DNA of 39,585 bases from a virus. Positions 1 to 10,400 of the stretch are shown here, in pieces. The notes under the pieces were generated by a model. That model did no database searches. It saw nothing but the letters and a program-made list of their open reading frames with translations, and was not told the DNA's origin. Position numbers and translations under genes: made by a program. Location: the IMG/VR virus record IMGVR_UViG_3300008255_000055, positions 1-39,585 of that record; one strand, written 5' to 3'. How positions within the stretch are numbered: the stretch's first letter is position 1; the number at the start of each line of letters is the position of its first letter.

Positions 1-329
1 AAAAATCTTTGATTGAAGAAGTAATTGAAGATACACCTGATCTTGATGGAGAAGTAATTGAAGATACACCTGATCTTGATGGAGAAGTAATTGAAGATAC
101 ACCTGATCTTGATGGAGAAGTAATTGAAGATACACCTGATCTTGATGGAGAAGTTATTAAAAATGGCTTAGTACCAGGACAAGATGAAAAGAAATCAGAT
201 GTTAAAGAAGCAGTTGTTGTAAATGCACGTGGAATTGTTATGAGAACATACACAGCAGAAGAACATGGTAAGAACTTTAAAGAGTTAGCAAAAGAGTTTG
301 CAACAAAGAAAGGTTTGCTCGTTAAATAA
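1..329 (+). CDS. 3' part of acidic tandem-repeat protein; the gene wraps the contig junction (5' part is 39364..39585); full product about 143 aa
   Basis: The frame of ORF 9..329 is continuous with the ATG at 39364 once the 119-bp terminal overlap is collapsed. It has four EVIEDTPDLDG repeats and a TAA stop at 327-329. Confidence 0.7.
   Translation, partial: KSLIEEVIEDTPDLDGEVIEDTPDLDGEVIEDTPDLDGEVIEDTPDLDGEVIKNGLVPGQDEKKSDVKEAVVVNARGIVMRTYTAEEHGKNFKELAKEFATKKGLLVK
21..152 (+). repeat. perfect tandem repeat, 4 x 33 bp (gtaattgaagatacacctgatcttgatggagaa), coding
   Basis: Direct reading shows units at 21-53, 54-86, 87-119 and 120-152 with no mismatches. Confidence 0.95.
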
Positions 330-342
330 TCAAATAGTTAGA

Positions 343-404
343 AACCCTTGTAACACAGACTACGTTGTAGTATGTGCTTTGTATCTAATTTACTTACAAG
401 GGTT
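343..404 (+). other. long-range inverted repeat (AACCCTTGTAA / TTACAAGGGTT) enclosing a small inner hairpin
   Basis: 343-353 is the exact reverse complement of 394-404. The inner pair ACTAC/GTAGT lies in the loop. Confidence 0.6.
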
Positions 405-415
405 GATTAGGTATA

Positions 416-442
416 AAGTGGATACTACAATATCCACTTTTT
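416..442 (+). terminator. rho-independent terminator after the acidic repeat gene
   Basis: 9-bp stem AAGTGGATA/TATCCACTT, 6-nt loop, then a T-run. It ends 4 nt before the ATG at 446. Confidence 0.7.
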
Positions 443-445
443 ATT

Positions 446-1114
446 ATGGCCTACAAGCCAACTAATCAAGCCTTAGGGCTTAAAAATATTATGGATGAAG
501 AAACCATTGTGCCTACACCTGAAGAATTAGCTGCAGAAGAAGCTGCAATAGCTGATCCTAAACAGGAAGAAATTCGTGCTAGTGTTATTGAAAAATATGG
601 CCTAGACGAAGATGAACAAGCTGATCTTATTGATAAGCTAACAGAAGATATTATTGCCCAGAAGAAATCTTTTGGTAAAGTAGTTCATCAAAAGCGTACC
701 TGGAGAGAAAAAGCAAAAGGTTCTAAACCTGATGCTGATAAGAAAAATGATAATAAGAATCTTAGTGCTGATGAAATTCGCCAGCAAGCCAAAAATGACT
801 TGATTGAAGAATTTGCTAAGCGAGATCTTGAAGGGCTAGATGTATCAGATAAACTTAAAGATGAAATTAAAAAGATCGCTAAGTTTGAAAATATTTCTAT
901 CACTCAAGCTTCTAAGAATCCATATATCGTTTATCTTAAGTCTCAAGAAGATGCTGATAAAAAGCTGGAGAACGCTACATTTAGTCGTAAGAATAATGGT
1001 GCAAAAGTTGTAATTGATACAACTAAACCACTTAATCCAGCAGACTTTGATTTGAGTACTGATGAAGGAAGAAAATCATGGGATGCTGCGAAGAAGGCTC
1101 GTAAAAACAGCTAA
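446..1114 (+). CDS. putative scaffolding protein
   Basis: 222 aa, highly charged and helical-looking, directly upstream of the coat gene. Confidence 0.5.
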   Translation: MAYKPTNQALGLKNIMDEETIVPTPEELAAEEAAIADPKQEEIRASVIEKYGLDEDEQADLIDKLTEDIIAQKKSFGKVVHQKRTWREKAKGSKPDADKKNDNKNLSADEIRQQAKNDLIEEFAKRDLEGLDVSDKLKDEIKKIAKFENISITQASKNPYIVYLKSQEDADKKLENATFSRKNNGAKVVIDTTKPLNPADFDLSTDEGRKSWDAAKKARKNS

Positions 1115-1170
1115 TTAATACGATATAATTGTTGCAATTATAAACGTTTAATTTAATAAATAATTTTATT

Positions 1171-2364
1171 ATGGATGATGCAAAATTAGAATTTTGGGGA
1201 GACATGCAAAAGACTTTGTTCGTTGAGAACACAGCAGTTGCTATGCTTTCCGACAGCCAACTAGAAGGCTTAATCTCGGAAGATGGTAGAAAGGCACACA
1301 GACCTATTATCTCACTTCCACATTCTGGTACTTATACACCCTACTCTGATATTACTTTCAATCGTAAGACTGCAAGTAAGCAAACATTGGAAGTTGATAC
1401 TTTCAGTTATGCTGCTGATGAGATAGACATAACAGATTCACGTCAGACAAAGTATCCTTTGACTGAAAATTCTGCTATGGAGCAAATGAAGGTTCACAAC
1501 AATAACATTGAACAAGCTGTAATGAGTAAAATCACAGGAGCTTTCAATCTTATTGATGACAATGGAAACGCTTTATTGATAGATACTACAAACGTTCTTG
1601 ATGTATTTGAACAAGCAGATACAAAACTAGGATCAGTTGATGCTCCTTTTGAGAATCGTATTGCAGTTTTCGGCCCACATACTATTGCTACAATGCGTAA
1701 GGCAAAGCAGCAAAGAGAAAGTGTGCTTGGAGATTCAGTATTAGCAAATGGAGTTGTAGGCCCATGGAGTGGATATACTGTTATTCAAAGTAATAACCTT
1801 CCTTGGAGTGCAACTTTGACACTTTCTGTAAACCCAACAACTACAGATAAGTTCTACATTGCTGGTGTTGGTTTCCAATTCATAGCTGATCTTGCTAACA
1901 CAGCAAGTGGTTTCATTGGAGTATTAATCGGTAATGATGCTGCTGCTTCACGTGTAAACTTGAAGAAAGCTGTTGATGCTGATGCTGCTTCAAAGGGAAC
2001 ACTATGGAAGGAAAATACATCTTCAACTGCTGCACACAATCGCTTTACTCTTACAGAAAAGAGAAAGATCACATGTACAACTGCTGAAGCTATGGCCTTT
2101 ACAGGTTTCGGAGACATTGTAGTTTCAGAAGCATTTACTAGTGCAAGTAATGTCTGGTCTGCACAAGAACAGCTTGCTTTCATGGGTAACAAAGGTGCAA
2201 TTGATCTAGTTCTTCAAATCATGGAAATTGATGTAAAGAAATTAGGTAAAGAGAAAGGTTTCGCAGATCTAGTTAAATCATTGGTCGGACATGGTTCATA
2301 CATGTTTGATGATGGTGCTAGAGTTTCTGTGAAGGTTCGTACAGATGCTAGTGCTTGGAAATAG
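1171..2364 (+). CDS. major capsid (coat) protein, P22-coat-like / HK97-fold candidate
   Basis: 397 aa, positioned after the scaffold, followed by a strong RNA structure. Loosely resembles P22-type coat proteins. Ends in TAG. Confidence 0.6.
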   Translation: MDDAKLEFWGDMQKTLFVENTAVAMLSDSQLEGLISEDGRKAHRPIISLPHSGTYTPYSDITFNRKTASKQTLEVDTFSYAADEIDITDSRQTKYPLTENSAMEQMKVHNNNIEQAVMSKITGAFNLIDDNGNALLIDTTNVLDVFEQADTKLGSVDAPFENRIAVFGPHTIATMRKAKQQRESVLGDSVLANGVVGPWSGYTVIQSNNLPWSATLTLSVNPTTTDKFYIAGVGFQFIADLANTASGFIGVLIGNDAAASRVNLKKAVDADAASKGTLWKENTSSTAAHNRFTLTEKRKITCTTAEAMAFTGFGDIVVSEAFTSASNVWSAQEQLAFMGNKGAIDLVLQIMEIDVKKLGKEKGFADLVKSLVGHGSYMFDDGARVSVKVRTDASAWK

Positions 2365-2374
2365 TCCAGGTACG

Positions 2375-2432
2375 CCCACCCTTTATGGGTTGGGTAGAGT
2401 GCAACATGGTCGGTTGTTGCTCTCCACCCAGC
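2375..2432 (+). promoter_or_regulatory. GC-rich structured element with mutually exclusive pairings, downstream of the coat gene
   Basis: CCCACCC (2375-81) and the 3' arm 2422-2432 (contains CCACCCA, 2425-2431) both complement GGGTTGGG (2387-94). A nested hairpin GCAACA/TGTTGC lies at 2401-2420. No T-run follows. Confidence 0.55.
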
Positions 2433-2464
2433 TCATAATCGGTAAGTAATTATTAAAATAATTC

Positions 2465-2478
2465 TCTCCTTATGGAGA
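2465..2478 (+). promoter_or_regulatory. small hairpin TCTCC-ttat-GGAGA occluding the only clear SD-like motif (for gene 2488)
   Basis: 5-bp stem; the GGAGA lies 10 nt upstream of the ATG at 2488. Confidence 0.4.
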
Positions 2479-2487
2479 CAAAAACTT

Positions 2488-2841
2488 ATGAAAATATTCA
2501 ATCGTGGAGTAAAAATAAATGTTAAGAATGAATCAGCTTTAAAAGTTAATAGCACAGAAGTTATAGACAAAGATGGAAAACTTTTAACAGCAGGTATTAA
2601 AGATGCAAACGTAACGCTTGCAAAACTTTCTGCAGGTATAACACCATCTCATGTTATTAAATTCTTCAAGCTTGGTTCTACAATCACTACAACAGCTCTA
2701 GCAGGTCTAGCAGTTGGTGATTTGATTGTAAGTATATTAGCAGATGGTACAGCAGCAGTAGCTACTTGTGCAGTCGCAAATACACTTCCAGCAGATCCAG
2801 CAGACACAACTTACCTAATCGTATTTAGAGCAGCAGCTTAA
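2488..2841 (+). CDS. hypothetical virion protein (Ala/Thr-rich, 117 aa)
   Basis: ORF within the structural block; no recognisable motif. Confidence 0.5.
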   Translation: MKIFNRGVKINVKNESALKVNSTEVIDKDGKLLTAGIKDANVTLAKLSAGITPSHVIKFFKLGSTITTTALAGLAVGDLIVSILADGTAAVATCAVANTLPADPADTTYLIVFRAAA

Positions 2842-2861
2842 TAATTTAATCTGGTTTATCA

Positions 2862-2894
2862 CTCATCTTGCATTATAAATTAATGCAGGATGAG
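2862..2894 (+). terminator. 11-bp hairpin (CTCATCTTGCA / TGCAGGATGAG), terminator-like but without a T-run
   Basis: Inverted repeat with one G-U pair, located in the intergenic region. Confidence 0.4.
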
Positions 2895-2911
2895 CTATAA
2901 ACATAAATATT

Positions 2912-3247
2912 ATGTATAAATCATTAAAAACATTTTCAGGTAAGAGTGCTGCAAACACAGCTCAATCAGTCTCAACTGAATTGGGTAAGAAATACTTAGT
3001 TCATAGAGTTATTGCTTCTTATTCAGCAGCTCCAACTCAAGCAGGTGTAACAGCAGCTTTAGATTCAAAACTAGGTACTGATTATGATGCAGTTATCTAC
3101 ACAGGATCTGCAAACGCTAGATATAATTTTCTCCCATTAGATTCAAAGCCATTCTTGGTTATGGAAGGAGATGTATTTACAGTAACAGCTCCAGCAGGTG
3201 GTGGTGTTATCACTTCTGCTATTAGCATTATTGCTGAAGAACTTTAA
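2912..3247 (+). CDS. hypothetical virion protein (111 aa)
   Basis: ORF within the structural block. Confidence 0.5.
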   Translation: MYKSLKTFSGKSAANTAQSVSTELGKKYLVHRVIASYSAAPTQAGVTAALDSKLGTDYDAVIYTGSANARYNFLPLDSKPFLVMEGDVFTVTAPAGGGVITSAISIIAEEL

Positions 3248-3248
3248 T

Positions 3249-3443
3249 ATGAACTGGATAAATAAGCTCAAACAAATATTGGTTGGCTTTTTATCCACAC
3301 ATGATGGGAAGTATCTTATTACTGATAAGGGATTAAAACTTGTTGCTTTTGACAAATCATATATTGATGAAATCAAGAGCATTACAAGTTTTGGTAATTC
3401 ATCAAAAAGTAACACTAATTATTCAAATAAAACAAAATCATAA
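3249..3443 (+). CDS. hypothetical protein (64 aa)
   Basis: The ATG at 3249 follows the upstream TAA by 1 nt. The ORF-track start at 3198 overlaps the previous gene and is less likely. Confidence 0.45.
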   Translation: MNWINKLKQILVGFLSTHDGKYLITDKGLKLVAFDKSYIDEIKSITSFGNSSKSNTNYSNKTKS

Positions 3444-3445
3444 CT

Positions 3446-5566
3446 ATGGATAAAATTCAAATCAAAGACTTAGATAGTGAGACACCAGTAGCGGAAGATT
3501 ATTTGGTCTTTCAGAAAGCAACTGGTGATCATGAAGTATATAAATCTCCAAAGTCTGAAATTGAAGGCCATGATGCTTATGTCTATATTGCTTATGCTTC
3601 AGATGATACAGGTACAGGCTTTACTCTTACTTTTGATGAAGCTTTAAATTATGTTGCGATCTTATCTACAGAAACAGAAATACCATCACCAGTCGTTGGT
3701 GATTTTGCTGGTTTATGGAAAAACTATAAAGGAGAAAAAGGAGATACAGGTTTAACAGGTGCTTATATTTATAGAACACTTGGAATCCCAGATAATTCAG
3801 TTGGATTAGATGGTGATTGGGCCTTTGATACTTCTTCAAACTCTTATGTATATTACAAAACAGCAGGTGCATGGGAACTAGTAAATTCAAACAAAGGTGC
3901 TAAGGGCGATACAGGAGTTGGGATAGTAAGTGTTGTTAAAACTGCAACAGTAGGCCTTGTAGACACGTATACTATAACTTATGATGATGCTTCAACATCT
4001 ACTTTTGATGTAACCAATGGAGCTAAAGGTGATCAAGGAGATACTGGTATTTCATTCATTTGGATGGGAGCATATTCTGCTATTACTGCTTATTTACCAA
4101 ATACAGTTGTTTCATATAATGGATCTTCTTATATTTGCATATTGGCAACTACAGGGAACTTACCTACAAATGTAACTTATTGGGAACTTATGGCTGAGAA
4201 AGGTGCAGATGGAGAAGGAAGTGGAGATACAATGTCACCTGCTACAAATACAGATAGTTATATTCCTCAGTGGGATGGTGCAAATTCAAAAACTCTAAAA
4301 AATGGTCTAGCTGTTCCTGAAGGTGGACTCGCAGGATTAACTGCGCTAGGTGGAAAAGAGGACAGTTCAAATAAATCTACAAACGTAGTTACAGATGGTG
4401 CTTCAGATACTAAATATCCTAGTGTAAAAGCGATTAAAGATTATGCTGATGGATTAGTTTCAGGTTTGCTTGATTACAGAGGTGCTTATGATGCATCAGT
4501 AAATACATTTCCTGCAAGTGGAGGTTCAGGATCAGCAGGGGCAGTAATGAAAGGCGACATGTGGATTATTTCAGTTGCAGGAACTTTAGGAGGTGCTGCA
4601 GTCCAAATTGGGGATTCAGTAATTGCAAACGTAGATACTCCAGGACAAACAGCAGGAAACTGGAATATTTTAAATAGTAATATATCTTACGTTCCTGAAG
4701 ATGTTGCAAATAAAGAAAATACAACAATGGATACTTCAACAACAAAGTATCCAACTAACAGATTAGCTAAAGAATATTCTGATACTAAATTAGCTAAAGC
4801 AGGTGGTGATATGACAGGAGCAGTAAATGAAGCTAAGGGAACAGATATTGCATCTTCTGGTTCTATTGATATTGGGGCAGGAACAGGAAACATGATTGAT
4901 ATTACTGGAACTACTACAATTACAGCACTTGGTACAGTTCAAGCAGGGACAAGACGTATTTTAAGATTTACAGGAGCATTGACACTTACTCATCATGCCA
5001 CTTCATTAATTTTACCAACAGGAGCAAACATAACTACAGTAGCAGGTGATACAGCGACAATGATTTCTCTAGGTTCTGGTAATTGGGTTTGTACTTCATA
5101 TCAAAGGAAAAGTGGTGCTGCTCTATTATCTTCTGGTGGTTCAACTGTTGGTGTTGTATCAGGAGATATTACGACAGCTAGTAATGTTATTGGTAATGCA
5201 ACAGGGTATAGTTTTAGCGTTGCTGCTAATAAAACATATAAATTTAATTTTCATTTATTTTATTCATCTGCATCTAGTGGTCAAAAATGGGCAATAAATG
5301 GGCCAACTGGTGCTACTATAAAATCTATCGTTAAAGGGCCAGCTACAACTACAGCAAGTACATATAGACAAGAGCAAATAAATGCATTGGAAACTTTAAC
5401 AACAAATCCTATACCTGGTAGTCATTCAGTTGGGGAAATTATTATAGAAGGAGTAATAATAACATCTTCAACAGCAGGAACTCTACAAATTAGATGGGCA
5501 TCTGCTGTTGATACACAAACAAATACAATACAGGCAAATTCATATTTTGAATACGTTGAATTATAA
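3446..5566 (+). CDS. tail fibre / tailspike protein with short collagen-like G-X-Y tracts
   Basis: 706 aa with GEKGDTGLTG, GAKGDTGVG and GAKGDQGDTG tracts. The C-terminal half is Gly/Thr/Ser-rich. Confidence 0.7.
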   Translation: MDKIQIKDLDSETPVAEDYLVFQKATGDHEVYKSPKSEIEGHDAYVYIAYASDDTGTGFTLTFDEALNYVAILSTETEIPSPVVGDFAGLWKNYKGEKGDTGLTGAYIYRTLGIPDNSVGLDGDWAFDTSSNSYVYYKTAGAWELVNSNKGAKGDTGVGIVSVVKTATVGLVDTYTITYDDASTSTFDVTNGAKGDQGDTGISFIWMGAYSAITAYLPNTVVSYNGSSYICILATTGNLPTNVTYWELMAEKGADGEGSGDTMSPATNTDSYIPQWDGANSKTLKNGLAVPEGGLAGLTALGGKEDSSNKSTNVVTDGASDTKYPSVKAIKDYADGLVSGLLDYRGAYDASVNTFPASGGSGSAGAVMKGDMWIISVAGTLGGAAVQIGDSVIANVDTPGQTAGNWNILNSNISYVPEDVANKENTTMDTSTTKYPTNRLAKEYSDTKLAKAGGDMTGAVNEAKGTDIASSGSIDIGAGTGNMIDITGTTTITALGTVQAGTRRILRFTGALTLTHHATSLILPTGANITTVAGDTATMISLGSGNWVCTSYQRKSGAALLSSGGSTVGVVSGDITTASNVIGNATGYSFSVAANKTYKFNFHLFYSSASSGQKWAINGPTGATIKSIVKGPATTTASTYRQEQINALETLTTNPIPGSHSVGEIIIEGVIITSSTAGTLQIRWASAVDTQTNTIQANSYFEYVEL

Positions 5567-5572
5567 AATAGC

Positions 5573-6460
5573 ATGGATAAACTAATACAATTAGAAAATA
5601 GAATAAAAGAATTAGAGAAATGGAAAGCTGAAAAAGAAAAACAGCAAATTTCTTTTCCTTTAGATAATCAAAGTATTGATATATTAAAAAAATATTTTAT
5701 GCGTATTGTTAGTAGTTATATTTGGTATGGGGGAGTTGGTTCAATAAATCCCCCAACAAATCCAAGTGGTGCTTCTTGGAGTGAAAGAAAAGATGCACAA
5801 TATGGTTCTTGGCAACTTGAACATTGTGATACATCTTGGGCATCTAAAGGTTCAACAGGAGATTTAATAAGTACATTTGCTTCATCGTCTGCAGTAAAAA
5901 CTGTTTCAGGTTTTGTATTTAATAAAGTCGGATATACAATAGGCTGGTCAAGTTCATTTAGTGCTGTAGATTATCCACTTCCAACAAAATTCCCTGTAAT
6001 CGGACAATCATTAGATTTGAATTTTAGATATAATGCTAATATTTCAAAATGGGAAACATATAATGTTTTAGATATGTCCAAACAAATTGCTGTATCATTT
6101 GATGTATCACAAGCAACTGGATATAAGTATTATTTCTATCATGGATTAGGCAAGATCCCAAAGAAAGCAAGAATTAAAACTACTTATGCAGGTAGTGCAA
6201 GTCAATCTTCTGAAAGTTATGGTGTTATGGATAATCTAACAAGTAACCAATGTGCTTATTTAGCCTTAGTAGAAGGAACATCTACTGCAACTAGTGATGT
6301 AGCAGGTAATAATTCAACATATTCAGTAATGGCAATATTAGGTTCATTAAGTAACTATTCAGGGGGTGTTGTAACATTTGATGAAAACTATATGATACTA
6401 ACACTTACAAAAACAGGAACACTTACAGGAACAGCATATTTATTAGTAGATATGGAATAA
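5573..6460 (+). CDS. putative second tail fibre / receptor-binding protein
   Basis: 295 aa with an N-terminal coiled coil (LENRIKELEKWKAEKEK), adjacent to the tail fibre gene. Confidence 0.4.
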   Translation: MDKLIQLENRIKELEKWKAEKEKQQISFPLDNQSIDILKKYFMRIVSSYIWYGGVGSINPPTNPSGASWSERKDAQYGSWQLEHCDTSWASKGSTGDLISTFASSSAVKTVSGFVFNKVGYTIGWSSSFSAVDYPLPTKFPVIGQSLDLNFRYNANISKWETYNVLDMSKQIAVSFDVSQATGYKYYFYHGLGKIPKKARIKTTYAGSASQSSESYGVMDNLTSNQCAYLALVEGTSTATSDVAGNNSTYSVMAILGSLSNYSGGVVTFDENYMILTLTKTGTLTGTAYLLVDME

Positions 6461-6485
6461 TTATTAATTAATCATTATAAATAGT

Positions 6486-6749
6486 ATGGATTTATCAACA
6501 TTAAAAGAATTAGGTATAGCAGGAATAGCAATCGGTGGATTCGCTTATTTCAGCCTATTACTGCTTAAACAATTAGCAGATAATCGCAAAGACTATACAT
6601 CTTTTGTGATGGATAATAACCATACTAATACAGAATTGGTTCGTGAATGTACTGCAATGACTACAGAAGCCAAGAACGCTATTGAAAACTTTAATAAAAA
6701 CCTTGAAAATCATAATAGGGTTTTGGAAAGGATATTAGAAAAATTATAA
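6486..6749 (+). CDS. small membrane-anchored coiled-coil protein
   Basis: 87 aa with an N-terminal hydrophobic segment (GIAGIAIGGFAYFSLLLL). Confidence 0.45.
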   Translation: MDLSTLKELGIAGIAIGGFAYFSLLLLKQLADNRKDYTSFVMDNNHTNTELVRECTAMTTEAKNAIENFNKNLENHNRVLERILEKL

Positions 6750-6765
6750 TTAATTAAAAAATACT

Positions 6766-7494
6766 ATGGAATTTAACGATACAACAAATGAACAAGGTTT
6801 ATATCAGGATGCTCTTTATCTAACAGGAGCTAATACTGCTACCTTTGATATTAAAGATTTTGCTAGGGGTGCAAACTTCGCACAAAATAGAGTAACATCT
6901 AAGATTTTTCAATGTGATAATCGTTGGAAACATAGTGATGCTAATAATCCTGATCGTGATATAGCTACAGGAGATCTAGTTGCTAATCAAGATAATTATT
7001 CTATTGAAGTAACTCATTTAAAGATAAAAAGAGTTAGAATGAAGAATAGTAAAGGTGATTGGGTTACACTTACACCAGTTGATAGACGTGATGTTCCTGA
7101 TGGTTTATTAAACTCTTATGGAGATCCAAAATATTATGATAAAGATGGAATGTCTATATTACCATTCCCAATACCTGATTATTCAACATCAGGCAATTCT
7201 GGTATAGAGATAGAATTTCAACGTGGGCCAGTTTACTTTACTGCTGCAGATACAGATAAAATGCCAGGATTTGCTTCTCCTTATCATAGATTAATATCAT
7301 TATATCCTTCACAAGATTGGCTACTCTCTAACGCTACAAGACAAAATCCACTTACCCACAAGATTAATCTAGTAAATAGTTTAATAAAAGAATTAGAAGC
7401 TGATCTCATGGATCATTATGCAAATAGAGATGTTGATGATGCTCCAACTTTAAAAACTAAACGAGTGGTCAGAAATTATGGCCTAAATTTATAA
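6766..7494 (+). CDS. putative adaptor / tail tubular protein A-like
   Basis: 242 aa, immediately before the nozzle-sized protein. This is a synteny argument only. Confidence 0.3.
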   Translation: MEFNDTTNEQGLYQDALYLTGANTATFDIKDFARGANFAQNRVTSKIFQCDNRWKHSDANNPDRDIATGDLVANQDNYSIEVTHLKIKRVRMKNSKGDWVTLTPVDRRDVPDGLLNSYGDPKYYDKDGMSILPFPIPDYSTSGNSGIEIEFQRGPVYFTAADTDKMPGFASPYHRLISLYPSQDWLLSNATRQNPLTHKINLVNSLIKELEADLMDHYANRDVDDAPTLKTKRVVRNYGLNL

Positions 7495-7495
7495 T

Positions 7496-10400
7496 ATGAA
7501 TACACCACTTTTCCCAGCAGGAATAACAGGATTATCAGATACAAAATGGTCTGGTTCTCAAGGTAATGCACACAAATTGGTAGGAGTGGATTTTCGTAGT
7601 ACTCCTGGAATTATTAAAGCTCATCAGGCCCTTAAAAAAATATCATCTACATTTGCAGGTGAAGTTGAAACAAATATTGTTGATGAACTTTGTAAGGTGT
7701 CTATTGATTTATCAGATGGTACAAAATTATGGTTTTCTTCTGAATCAGGTAAGATATGGCAGCAAACAGGGGATACTTTTGCCTTAGTTCATACCATAGA
7801 TCCAACAGTAGATTATAATGAACCAAATTCTTTGGTAAATGGAGTAGTAAATGATGATGATATTGATTATGCTGCTACACTATCCATTGCTGAAAATAGT
7901 GCTGTTTATGGAACATCTGAATTATTAAGTACCAATGTATTAGATGCATCTAATGGTACTGAAAATAGTCTGATAGATATGGGTAATTATAACGTAATTG
8001 CCTATTCAGGAGTTGATCAAGATGGTTTTATAAAAACAACTACATATTCTTCAACAGGATCAATGACTGTTGAACATACTTTAGAGCATGATGTATCTAA
8101 TGGTAGGTATAATTCTGCATGTAAAATAGATGATACTCATTTCATTCTTGCTTATCAAGGTGGTGGTTCTTTAACTGGATTTATAAAAACATTTTCAGTA
8201 AGTGCTTTCTATCAATCTACACAAGTAGCTAGTTTAGAACATGATGCAGCATCAGCACAACCAACATATAATTCATTAATTAAAATTGATGCAACTCACT
8301 ATGCTCTTGCTTATTCAGGTGGAGCTTCAGGCCATGGATATATTAAGATCTTTACAATAGATGGATCATATAACATAACACAGACAAGTACTCTTACACA
8401 TGATTCTTCAGGTGCTACTTATGGCCATAAACTTGTATTAGTTGATGCAACTCATTTAATACTATCTTATGCAAATAGTTCTGCGGCACAGATTATAAAA
8501 ACATTTGCAATAGATGGCTCATGGAATGTTACACAAATTGATTCAGAAACTCATGTAACTGCTGGGGGTGTTTATAGTTCTCTTATTCAACTAGATGCAA
8601 CTCATTATGTTTGGAGTGGAAAAGATTCTACAAGGGGATATATGAAAGTGTTTGCATTGGATGGCTCATATAATATAACACAAGTTACATCAAAAGATTT
8701 GTTTACAACAAATGAATATGCTTCATTATTAAAAAATGACGAAAATCATATTATCTTAGCTTCAGGAACATCTACTACTGGATATATGAAAGTGTACTCT
8801 ATTAATTCAAGTTACGAAATTAAAGAACTTTCAACAATAGATTTTAATTCTCTTGCTTCAAAAGATACATCAATACTAAAGGATGGAAGATATATTACTT
8901 TAGTTTATTCAGATTCAAATAATAAAAATTATTCTGCTAGACTTACTATTAGTGAAACATACTCAAATGGAATAATTTTAAATCCTGCAGGAGATAATAA
9001 AATACAATTAATTGCTAGTAGTGTAATATCTCAAACATCAATGATAAGCCAATATCTTGAAGATGAAATAGATATACCTGAAAATTATTCAAATTTAGAA
9101 GTTGTAGTTATAACAGCAAAAGGTGCTAGTAGTATCCCACCAGTTGGAGCTACATTTGCAGGTGTTGCTATGACAGAAATAAGTAATAAACAAAGTGCTT
9201 TGGGTTTTGATGCTCAATTAGCTTTCTATGGTTATAAAAATCCAGCAACTGGTAAGAGTACAATTAAGGTAGATTTTTCACAAAAAACTACTTATGTATC
9301 TATGATTGTGTTGGTATTTGCCAATGTAGATCAGACAACACCAGTAGAAACAACTAATGATTATGGGTGGAAAGATTATCTAACATTACCTGGAGATACT
9401 GATGGTCAATTAAGATTGGGTGCTTTCTTAACTAAAGTAAATAGCCATTCTCAAGGTGGATTCCAGGATGAATTAGCATCAGATAATATAGCAGAATCTA
9501 GTGATAGATATACAATATCAGTTGCATCAAGATTCTTTAATATTGGAACAGCAAAAATACTTAGTGCTGCTGAATTTTCTTATACACAACAAGAAGAACT
9601 TGCTACTGATACAACACAATATAAACCAAGAATAAATTTTAAGAAAATATATTATGCAAATGAATATGTTTTATTTGCTGTACCTGTAGATAAAATTTCA
9701 GATTGGGCTAATAATATTGAAACAGTTGGAGTATTTTACAATGGTGATGATACTTACCATCCAATGGTTAAGCAGAACCTAGAATTATTTATAGGTGATA
9801 AAATAGTTATTGCTAAAGTAGATACATCTGGTAACTTTATCCAAGAAACTTCATTTAATGTAGCTGAACCTGAAAGAATACAGGTACTCTCAACATTTGA
9901 TACAGATATTCTTATTGGTACAAAAGATGTAAATAAAGCTAGAGTATTAAGATGGGATACATTCTCTGATTCATGGCTTGCAGATGATGAAGTATTTGAA
10001 AATGGAATAAATGCTTTTATTAAAGATGATAACTTTACCTATGTTTCTGCAGGTGATTATGGAAGATTATATTTCTATAATGGTGAAAAACTAAATATAC
10101 AAAAGAGAATACCTGGTATTTGGGATTCAACTCATAAAGCTATTATAAATGAAAATGCTACTGGTTTTTATATGGGTAATCCAGTCTTTGGTTTATCTAA
10201 TGTAACTGGAAACCCAACAGAACAAGGTATATATGGTTATGGAAACTATGATACAAAATATATTAAAGCTCTATCATTGGATTATCCGCTACCTACTGAT
10301 GAATTATCAGGAGTATCTATCGGATCAATACTTGTAAATGGTATTGATATGTATGTTTCTTATAAAACTGCTACAGATGTAGGAGTTGCAAAAATAGATC

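Noticed and set aside
21-152. The 33-bp repeats as a possible CRISPR array
   Set aside because: The units are directly adjacent with no spacers. They are in frame inside a CDS and encode an 11-aa peptide repeat.
3446-6460. A diversity-generating retroelement targeting the tail fibres
   Set aside because: No ORF has reverse-transcriptase motifs (no YxDD-type protein), and I saw no template/variable repeat pair.
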